From Desulfosarcina sp. BuS5 (GTDB lineage Bacteria > Desulfobacterota > Desulfobacteria > Desulfobacterales > BuS5): DNA of 32,000 bases. The stretch spans positions 445,041-477,040 of the forward strand of contig NZ_CP087952.1 in assembly GCF_028752835.1 (NCBI RefSeq), read 5' to 3'. The translations under genes and the position numbers were made by a program. Numbering within the stretch: position 1 is the stretch's first letter; each line of letters starts with the position of its first letter. The notes under the pieces were generated by a model that searched no databases, was not told where the DNA came from, and saw nothing but the letters and a program-made list of their open reading frames with translations. Positions 10,601 to 17,175 of the stretch are shown here, one piece after another.

Positions 10601-10749
10601 TTCCTGGCGTAAATAACCACGGACATTATGGGCGCTGGGCATTTGCTGAATTTACCGAAGTTTACCGGATCGAATCTGACTTTAAAGCAAAAGTTGAAGC
10701 GGAATTTAATAAAATGATTGAACAGGTATTAATAACGGGAAAGGTTTAA
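7690..10749 (+). CDS. res: Type III-like restriction enzyme Res subunit (SF2 helicase plus C-terminal PD-(D/E)xK nuclease)
   Basis: Walker A MATGTGKT and motif II FNDEGHHCY. The later helicase motif is SVSMLTEGWDANTVTHILG and the C-terminal nuclease motif is PDFIVLI...LIVEIKGY. The N-terminus MDNRFFEQPILNSPYEYP...HWELD is typical, from memory, of the long Type III-like Res family. Confidence 0.85.
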   Translation: MDNRFFEQPILNSPYEYPALHWELDNEGQPTQRIIKNRRSAKFITPIPKPKKRKNKDAPQQQEFVFDEGKGLSTKEQQYDPTPIINALRRDVDKWRTLKNPNDWKVSPETARLIQHWRHHKFNDIRPFFCQVEAIETAIWLTEVAPKSGKSEKGFLKHLVNANNDANPELMRLALKMATGTGKTTVMAMLIAWQTINAVRRPTSKKFTRGFLIVTPGITIRDRLRVLFPNDPDSYYASRELVPNDMLSDLKRAKIVITNYHAFKQRERMELSRGGRSLLQGRGEALNTLETEGQMIQRVMPDLMGIKNIMVFNDEGHHCYREKPGENDVSTLKGDDKKEAQKNNEAARLWISGLETVNRKLGISRVIDLSATPFFLSGSGYVEGTLFPWTMSDFSLMDAIECGIVKLPRVPVADNIPGEEMPKFRNLWQHIGKKMPKKGRDKSKVLDPLSLPVELQTALEALYGHYKKTYDLWEENGIHVPPCFIIVCNNTSTSKLVYDYISGFYRENEDGTSQLVNGRLELFRNFDEHGNQLGRPNTLLIDSRQLESGDALDKNFRNMAADEIDRFRREIIERTGDRCQAENITDHDLLREVMNTVGKQGRLGESIRCVVSVSMLTEGWDANTVTHILGVRAFGTQLLCEQVIGRALRRQSYDLNEEGLFNVEYADILGIPFDFTAKPVIAPPQPPGETIHVKAVRPERDALEIKFPRVQGYRVELPKERLTAEFNEDSVLELTPGIVGPSITKNQGIIGEGVDLSLKHLKDMRRLTLLFHVTKRLLYTKWRDPDKDPELHLFGQLKRITRQWLDNCLLCKGGTYPAQLMYQELADMACERITAAITRSLIGERPVKAVLDPYNPTGSTMHANFNTSKKSRWQTDARRCHINWVIIDSDWEAEFCRVAESHPKVKAYVKNHNLGLEVPYRYGSEMRTYLPDFIVLIDDGRDKPMNLIVEIKGYRREDAKEKKSTMETYWVPGVNNHGHYGRWAFAEFTEVYRIESDFKAKVEAEFNKMIEQVLITGKV

Positions 10750-10754
10750 TTAGG

Positions 10755-12227
10755 ATGCCGGCCATTCGTCTGAAAATATTCATTAGCAGCGTTCAAAAGG
10801 AATTCCAGGATATTCGCCGGGATCTCAAGGTCTTTCTTCTTGGCGACGCTGTTTTGCGTCGTTTTATATCCGATGTTTTTCTCTTTGAAGAACTGCCGGC
10901 CAAGGATCGCTCTGCGGATCAGGTCTACCTTGAAGCGGTTGAACAATGTGATATTTATGTGGGTATCTTCGGCTACGAATACGGATACGAAGACAATGAC
11001 GGCGTTTCCCCCACTGAACACGAGTACTACCATGCTACTGAACACCAAAAAACCCGTTTGATTTACGTTTGGGGCAGGGACGAAAAAAAACGTGCACCCA
11101 AAATGAAGCAACTGATTCGAAAGGCCGGTGATGGGCTGATTCGCCGCCGCGTCGAAGACGTCAGTGCCCTGACCGCAGAAATTTATGCCAGTCTTATTGA
11201 TTATCTTGACGGAATGGGGGCGCTGCGCATTCCGCCGTTCGACACCTCGGCTTGTGACGGAGCGACCCTCAAGCAGATTTCCCGCAAACGCATCGACTGG
11301 TTTATAGAGACCGCCCGCCGGGAACGCGGATTTCCCCTTAAACCCAGGACAAGCACAAAAGCGCTTCTCACCCATCTAAATCTGTTGGAAAATGGGAAAC
11401 CAACCAACGCCGCGACACTGCTTTTCGGAGTCAATCCCCAGCGATTCCACCGCCCTGCCGAAACCAAGTGCATTCATTGCCACGGCACTATGTATCGACG
11501 GCCGTTTGCATCCCAGCAGATATACACAGGGGATCTTTTTGAACAAGTAGATCAAGCCCGCGATTTCGTTCTTGCAAAGATCAACAGGGCCGTCGGCACC
11601 CGCGCGGACAGCATCACCGCACCGGCCACTTATGAACTTCCACCCGATGCCGTGGGTGAGGCCATTGTTAATGCCATTGCCCATCGTGATTACCATAGTA
11701 ATGCCTCCGTGGAGATACGTCTCTTTGTCGACCGGCTGGAAGTTTGGAACCCCGGTGTTTTGCCCGGTACTTTAACGCTGGAGAGTCTGCGGGTTGACCA
11801 CCCTTCTTTGCCCGGCAATCCGCTGATTGCGGAATCTCTTTATTTAGCGCGATATATTGAAAAGGCCGGTTCCGGCATCCAAATGATGATTGAGCAGTGC
11901 AGTGCAGCAGGTCTTCCTGAACCGGATTTTGAGCAGCGCCAGGGATCTTTCGTTAACACACTGTGGCGGGACTGGCTGACGGAAGAGGTGCTGTCTGTAT
12001 ATAATTTGAACGACAGGCAGAGAAAGGCCGTGGTCTACTTAAAGACACATGGAAAAATCTCCAACGCAGAATATCAACAGGTGGCAAATTCCATTAAGAA
12101 GACTGCTACGAGAGATCTAAACGGTTTGAAGAAAAAAGGGATCATTGAGCAAGTAGGCAGTCGTGGACCAGGCGTCCACTATGTCATTTCGAAGAAAAGG
12201 GACAAAATGGGGACAAATGGGACATGA
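10755..12227 (+). CDS. DUF4062 / Schlafen-AlbA_2-like / HATPase_c_4 / wHTH protein (the RecG-like 'ATP-binding protein / transcriptional regulator' class)
   Basis: The N-terminus KIFISSVQKEFQDIRRDL...CDIYVGIFGYEYG fits DUF4062. TNAATLLFGVNPQRF fits the distal half of AlbA_2. EAIVNAIAHRDY...VEIRLF...LEVWNPG...IEKAGSGI fits HATPase_c_4. The C-terminal RQRKAVVYLKTHGKISNAEYQ looks like a wHTH. The gene starts 5 nt after the res stop. Confidence 0.7.
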   Translation: MPAIRLKIFISSVQKEFQDIRRDLKVFLLGDAVLRRFISDVFLFEELPAKDRSADQVYLEAVEQCDIYVGIFGYEYGYEDNDGVSPTEHEYYHATEHQKTRLIYVWGRDEKKRAPKMKQLIRKAGDGLIRRRVEDVSALTAEIYASLIDYLDGMGALRIPPFDTSACDGATLKQISRKRIDWFIETARRERGFPLKPRTSTKALLTHLNLLENGKPTNAATLLFGVNPQRFHRPAETKCIHCHGTMYRRPFASQQIYTGDLFEQVDQARDFVLAKINRAVGTRADSITAPATYELPPDAVGEAIVNAIAHRDYHSNASVEIRLFVDRLEVWNPGVLPGTLTLESLRVDHPSLPGNPLIAESLYLARYIEKAGSGIQMMIEQCSAAGLPEPDFEQRQGSFVNTLWRDWLTEEVLSVYNLNDRQRKAVVYLKTHGKISNAEYQQVANSIKKTATRDLNGLKKKGIIEQVGSRGPGVHYVISKKRDKMGTNGT

Positions 12228-12273
12228 ATTTCATCATACTGGAAAAGGGACAAAATGGGGACAATGGGGACAT
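12194..12273. repeat. 32-nt direct repeat (12194-12225 and 12242-12273), 48 nt apart, straddling the stop codon of the DUF4062 gene
   Basis: The copies are gaaaagggacaaaatggggacaaatgggacat and gaaaagggacaaaatggggacaatggggacat. A second short motif, atgtcattYcRaa, occurs at 12181 and 12277. Confidence 0.8.
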
Positions 12274-12437
12274 CTCATGTCATTCAAAGAAAGGCCTCAC
12301 AAACGCATCAAACGCCTCATTGGGTCATGGATGAATGCTCTATGCTAAAAATTGCCTTCATTATGCAAAAGGCCAGTACTTTAAACTGGACATAAGCCAG
12401 ACGAACAGAATACGAACCATCAACACTGGATTGAATT

Positions 12438-15203
12438 ATGCCGCGCAAAAAGAAAAAAATCAGCAAAACCGTTGAAACCATTACACACGCTGAAGCAATC
12501 CGCAAGAACATCCCTACGGCTGAATATCAGTCTGTAATGCGAAAAGACGAAGAAACGCCTATTCAAATCGCATACGAACGCCGCAACCGCGATCTGGACC
12601 CCCAGCTTGTCTGGCGCGGCAAGGATGAACAGGACTGGTCTGACCTGGTAGTGCATGCCCCGCCTTTGTACATCCAGGAAAAGGTTCATCCAAAGGTCTT
12701 GATTGACGATTTGATCAAACAGACCGAGGCGCAGGAAAAGTCGGGTATAGCTCAACAGATGGATCTTTTTTCCGATTTTAACGGTCTGCCCAGCGAAGGC
12801 GCAAAAACCGAATTCTACCAGCACGATGCAAACTGGTCCAATCGAATGATACTTGGCGACAGTTTGCAGGTCATGGCGTCTCTGGCCGAACGCGAGGGGC
12901 TTCGTGGAAAAGTGCAATGCATTTATCTTGATCCGCCTTATGGGATTAAATTCAATTCCAATTTCCAGTGGTCAACGACGAGTAGGGATGTGAAGGATGG
13001 CAAGGTTGACCATATTACCCGGGAACCGGAACAGGTGAAGGCATTTCGGGATACATGGCGGGATGGGATTCATTCGTATTTGACTTATTTGCGGGATCGG
13101 TTGACTGTGGCTCGGGATTTGTTGACGGAGTCGGGGTCGATCTTTGTTCAAATTGGAGATGAGAATGTGCATCGGGTACGGGCTTTGATGGATGAGGTGT
13201 TTGGGGATGAGAATTTGGCATCTACTATCGCTTTTAAAAAGACTTCAGGCACAGGGTCTCGTTATCTTGAGAATATCTACGACTATGTGTTGTGGTACGC
13301 AAAAAAAATTGATCATCTTAAATATAGGCAGCTTTTTACGAAAAAAAGCGACCAATTGTTTGACACTCAATATTCAGGAAAAGACGAAATCCGAGAGCAT
13401 ACAGTGACCGGGGATCCTCGCTTCATGCCTGGTGATATGAGTTCGCAAGGTGCAAGTGAAGCTGGGACATATCCTTTCTTATATCTTGGGAAAACATACA
13501 AACTTCCACCAAACACTCATTGGAAGGCTTCGCAAGAAGGTTTGCCAAGATTGGCAAAAGCAAGTCGACTTGTAGGAATCGGCAAGCGTCTTCGATATCG
13601 ACGCTTCGCTGATGATTTTCCGGTAGTAACGTTCAATAATTCTTGGGATGATACTGTGATTTCAGGATATGCCGAATCAAAATTATATGTCGTTCAAACA
13701 TCTGGGAAGGTAATTCAGCGGTGCCTAATGATGGCGACAGACCCAGGTGACCTCGTTCTCGACCCTACATGCGGCTCGGGTACCACAGCTTACGTTGCCG
13801 AGCAATGGGGCCGTCGCTGGATCACCATTGACACTTCACGTGTTGCACTTGCGCTTGCCCGCGCCCGCATCATGGGCGCTCGTTATCCCTATTATCTTTT
13901 GTCTGACAGCCGTGATGGGCAACTCAAGGAAGCTGAAGTCTCCCGAACCGCTCCGTCAGAAGCACCGACCCAAGGCAATATCCGTCAAGGATTTGTTTAC
14001 GAACGTGTTCCACACATCATGCTTAAATCAATAGCTAACAATACAGAAATTGATGTAGTCTGGGAAAAATTCCTGAAAATTTTGGAGCCATTGAGAGAGA
14101 AAGTCAATAAGTCGCTCGGCAAAAATTGGGAAGAATGGGAAATCCCCCGTGAAGCAGACGACAAATGGTCAAACAAAGTCAAAAAATTCCATAACGAATG
14201 GTGGAGACACCGCATTGCCCGGCAAAAGGAAATTGATGCATCCATCGCGGCAAAAGCGGATTTTGAATATCTCTACGACAAACCCTATGAAGACAAAAAA
14301 AAGGTTCGAGTGGCAGGCCCTTTCACCGTTGAAAGCCTGTCTCCCCACCGTGTGCTGACCGTGGATGAAAACGATGAATTGATTGACACTGTTGCAGAAT
14401 CCCAAGAGGGCTATGGAGAGAAGCAGGATTTTGCGGGAATGATTCTGGAAAACCTTAAAACCGCAGGCGTGCAGCAGGCCCACAAGGAAGACAAAATCAA
14501 TTTATCATCCATTACTCCCTGGCCTGGGTACTATGTTTGCGCGGAAGGCAAATATATTGAAGGTTATACTGAAACCAAGGCTGAAAAACGCGCCGCCATT
14601 TTCATCGGCCCTGAGTTTGGCACAGTAACACGGCCGGACCTGGTTTCTGCCGCCCGTGAAGCCGGTGATGGGGATTTTGATGTGCTGATTGCCTGCGCAT
14701 TTAATTACGACGCGCACTCATCGGAATTTGACAAACTTGGCCGCATACCCGTGCTTAAGGCCAGGATGAATGCCGACCTGCACATGGCTGATGATTTAAA
14801 AAATACCGGCAAAGGAAACCTGTTTGTAATTTTCGGTGAACCTGACATTGACATTCTGAATGCTGAAGACGATCAGATTCAGGTAAAAATTAACGGCGTA
14901 GATGTATTTCATCCCAACACCGGCGAAGTCCGCAGTGACGGGGCCGAGGGCATTGCCTGCTGGTTCATTGATACCGACTACAACGAGGAAAGCTTCTTTG
15001 TCCGCCATGCCTATTTCCTCGGCGCAAACGATCCGTACAAGGCATTAAAAACCACCCTCAAAGCCGAAATCAACCAGGAAGCCTGGGAGACTCTTAACAG
15101 CGACACATCCCGCCCGTTTAACAAACCAAAATCCGGCCGTATTGCTGTGAAGGTGATCAATCATCTGGGTGATGAGGTGATGAAAGTGTTCAAGGTGAAC
15201 TGA
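12438..15203 (+). CDS. mod: Beta-class N6/N4 DNA methyltransferase, Type III-like Mod subunit (921 aa)
   Basis: Motif IV IYLDPPYG (about 12921-12947) precedes motif I VLDPTCGSGTT (about 13754-13789), which is the beta permutation with the TRD between them. The long C-terminal extension is typical of partners of the long Res family. Confidence 0.85.
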   Translation: MPRKKKKISKTVETITHAEAIRKNIPTAEYQSVMRKDEETPIQIAYERRNRDLDPQLVWRGKDEQDWSDLVVHAPPLYIQEKVHPKVLIDDLIKQTEAQEKSGIAQQMDLFSDFNGLPSEGAKTEFYQHDANWSNRMILGDSLQVMASLAEREGLRGKVQCIYLDPPYGIKFNSNFQWSTTSRDVKDGKVDHITREPEQVKAFRDTWRDGIHSYLTYLRDRLTVARDLLTESGSIFVQIGDENVHRVRALMDEVFGDENLASTIAFKKTSGTGSRYLENIYDYVLWYAKKIDHLKYRQLFTKKSDQLFDTQYSGKDEIREHTVTGDPRFMPGDMSSQGASEAGTYPFLYLGKTYKLPPNTHWKASQEGLPRLAKASRLVGIGKRLRYRRFADDFPVVTFNNSWDDTVISGYAESKLYVVQTSGKVIQRCLMMATDPGDLVLDPTCGSGTTAYVAEQWGRRWITIDTSRVALALARARIMGARYPYYLLSDSRDGQLKEAEVSRTAPSEAPTQGNIRQGFVYERVPHIMLKSIANNTEIDVVWEKFLKILEPLREKVNKSLGKNWEEWEIPREADDKWSNKVKKFHNEWWRHRIARQKEIDASIAAKADFEYLYDKPYEDKKKVRVAGPFTVESLSPHRVLTVDENDELIDTVAESQEGYGEKQDFAGMILENLKTAGVQQAHKEDKINLSSITPWPGYYVCAEGKYIEGYTETKAEKRAAIFIGPEFGTVTRPDLVSAAREAGDGDFDVLIACAFNYDAHSSEFDKLGRIPVLKARMNADLHMADDLKNTGKGNLFVIFGEPDIDILNAEDDQIQVKINGVDVFHPNTGEVRSDGAEGIACWFIDTDYNEESFFVRHAYFLGANDPYKALKTTLKAEINQEAWETLNSDTSRPFNKPKSGRIAVKVINHLGDEVMKVFKVN

Positions 15204-15661
15204 TGAACTTCCGAATAGCCGATACATTCACCGACAATCTTGCAAAATTAAGCAATGATGAACAAAAGGCCGTCAAAACTACTGCTTTTGATTTGCAATT
15301 GAATCAGGCCAATCCAGGCATGCAGTTTCACAATATTGAAAGGGCCAAGGATCTCAATTTCTGGTCTGTGCGGGTCAACCGTGATATTCGTTTAATCGTC
15401 CATAAAACCCGGGACAATTTAATGCTTTGTTACGCAGGACATCATGATGATGCCTATCAATGGGCGGAAAGACGAAAACTGGAAACACATCCTAAAACCG
15501 GCGCTGCCCAATTTGTTGAAATCAGAGAAACAGTCAAAGAAATCACCATTCCCAGATATGTTGATAAAAAATATCCCAAAGAACCTAAACCTCTTTTATT
15601 TGAAAATATATCTGATGATGATCTCCTGACCTACTTTGAATATGATGGCTTTAAACAATAA
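15203..15661 (+). CDS. RelE/ParE-fold domain protein; probably the 5' stump of a RelE-fold/SF1 (UvrD-like) helicase fusion gene
   Basis: The start overlaps the mod stop (TGATG). FWSVRVNRDIRLIVHKTRDNLMLCYAGHHDDAYQWAERRKLETHPKTGAAQ is a RelE/ParE-like core plus linker. From memory this is the N-terminus of 600+ aa helicase proteins. Here the ORF ends 9 codons after ...DDDLLTY, inside the radical SAM gene start region. Confidence 0.55.
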   Translation: MNFRIADTFTDNLAKLSNDEQKAVKTTAFDLQLNQANPGMQFHNIERAKDLNFWSVRVNRDIRLIVHKTRDNLMLCYAGHHDDAYQWAERRKLETHPKTGAAQFVEIRETVKEITIPRYVDKKYPKEPKPLLFENISDDDLLTYFEYDGFKQ

Positions 15662-17087
15662 CAAGATTCTGCTCGTTTATCCACTCGGTTATAGAGCCGA
15701 GGCGGCAGCACACGATATCTCCAGAATAGCCGGCATAATGCCGCCGATCGGGCTGATCAGTATTGCAGCATTTCTTGAACGTCGCGGAATAAAAACTACA
15801 ATTGTCGATTGCTATGCCAGGCCAAACGCAGATACTCTTATCCGTGATTATCTCCTGTCCAATAAGCCGGCCTATATTGCTTTTAGTTGCACCACTTCCA
15901 ATTTCCTGGACGGCATTCGCATTGCAAGAGCTGTAAAAAGTATCCAGCCGGATATAAAAACTGTTTTCGGCGGAGCGCATGTTTCAGCCCTGAAAAAAAA
16001 AGTTTTATATCACTTTCCGGATGTCGACTTTGCCATAGTTGGCGAAGGCGAACAAACCCTGGCAGATCTGGTTGAAAGAGGGCATGATGGGGCAGGATCA
16101 ATAAAAGGGATTGTGCTGCGTGAAGATAAGGGAAAAATATCTTTTACCGGTTACAGGAAGGATATGCTTGATCTTGATACGCTTCCGTTTCCAGCTTATG
16201 AAAAACTTCAAGGATATCCCCAGGCATACAAAATGCCGATTTTCAACTACCCCGAAAATCCCGGCACAAGCTGCATTTCCAGCCGCGGCTGCCCGTATCA
16301 ATGCAGCTATTGCGACAGATCTGTGTTTCAGCGAAGTTTTCGGTATAATTCGGCCATATATTTATATGAACATTTGAAATATTTAAAAGAACGATTTAGG
16401 ATTCGGCACCTGGCTTTTTACGATGATCAGTTTACTTTTAATCGTAAAAGAGTGGCGGAGTTTACCCAAATGTTGATTGACCGTCCCCTGGGAATAACTT
16501 TCAACTGCGTTGTCAGGGCCGAACATATTGATTTTGAGCTTCTTTTGCAAATGAAAGCCGCGGGCTGCTGGATGATCAGCCTTGGTATCGAAACAGGCGA
16601 TCCGGATCTGCTTGCCCGGCACAGACAGAATCCGGATCTCGATCTTCTGGCCCAAAAAATATATTTAATCAAAAAGGCCGGGATACGTGTTAAAGGGCTT
16701 TTAATGATCGGCTTGCCCGGCGAAACAGAAGCAAGCATTAAAAAAAGCATGGATTATGTATTTTCACTTCCCATTGACGACATTAATCTGGCCAAATTTA
16801 CTCCCTTTCCCGGCTCCCCGATTTACGAAAATATAAACGAACTGGGAAAATTTGATGAAGACTGGGAACAAATGGATTGCATGAATTTTCAATTCATCCC
16901 CAAAGGGATTACAAAGCAAAAGCTGGAAGAACATTTTATAAAATTTTACAAAACATATTATACGCGTCCTGCAACACTTTTTAATTATTTCTCCATGCTC
17001 TGGCGTTCTCCGGATAGTTGGAAGCGCTTTATCCTTAATCTTGGTGATTTTTTAAAATTTGCAAAAAGCAATAAACGTTTTAGATGA
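15642..17087 (+). CDS. B12-binding domain radical SAM enzyme
   Basis: CX3CX2C cluster motif SSRGCPYQCSYCD. The N-terminal cobalamin-binding-like domain reads KILLVYP...PPIGLISIAAFLERRG. Candidate starts are ATG 15642, ATG 15645 and TTG 15636. Confidence 0.9.
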   Translation: MMALNNNKILLVYPLGYRAEAAAHDISRIAGIMPPIGLISIAAFLERRGIKTTIVDCYARPNADTLIRDYLLSNKPAYIAFSCTTSNFLDGIRIARAVKSIQPDIKTVFGGAHVSALKKKVLYHFPDVDFAIVGEGEQTLADLVERGHDGAGSIKGIVLREDKGKISFTGYRKDMLDLDTLPFPAYEKLQGYPQAYKMPIFNYPENPGTSCISSRGCPYQCSYCDRSVFQRSFRYNSAIYLYEHLKYLKERFRIRHLAFYDDQFTFNRKRVAEFTQMLIDRPLGITFNCVVRAEHIDFELLLQMKAAGCWMISLGIETGDPDLLARHRQNPDLDLLAQKIYLIKKAGIRVKGLLMIGLPGETEASIKKSMDYVFSLPIDDINLAKFTPFPGSPIYENINELGKFDEDWEQMDCMNFQFIPKGITKQKLEEHFIKFYKTYYTRPATLFNYFSMLWRSPDSWKRFILNLGDFLKFAKSNKRFR

Positions 17088-17175
17088 ATCGGTGATATTC
17101 AAACACAAACCTGCTATAAACTGCAGGATGAGGTAAATTTGCTCAAAAGCGAGCACGGAAAGGTGAAGCAAACCC

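Noticed and set aside
12163-12348. 61-aa ORF with internal repeat KGTKWGQMGH / KGTKWGQWGH
   Set aside because: It is an out-of-frame translation of the duplicated 32-mer at the 3' end of the DUF4062 gene, with no RBS. I reported it as a DNA repeat instead.
7981-12917. Long antisense ORFs inside res, the DUF4062 gene and mod: 7981-8472 (163 aa), 9523-9969 (148 aa), 10021-10626 (201 aa), 10746-11375 (209 aa), 12420-12917 (165 aa)
   Set aside because: Each lies entirely opposite a sense-strand gene with strong family motifs. Their sequences are low-complexity or Arg/Ser/Cys-rich with no recognisable motifs or RBS. These are typical shadow ORFs.
8986-14302. Homopolymeric A7-A8 tracts in res, the DUF4062 gene and mod (8986-8992, 8997-9003, 10571-10578, 11083-11090, 13301-13308, 14295-14302) as phase-variation switches
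   Set aside because: The tracts are short, all encode Lys-rich runs typical of an AT-leaning genome, and none sits near a 5' end. No tetra- or pentanucleotide repeats of the kind seen in phase-variable Type III mod genes are present.
7679-15648. Similarity between TTTGATTTATAATGG (7679-7693, at the res start) and TTTGAATATGATGG (15635-15648, at the radical SAM start) as island-flanking direct repeats or att sites
   Set aside because: The match is only about 10 scattered positions in AT-rich start-codon contexts, so it cannot be distinguished from chance. No integrase is present.
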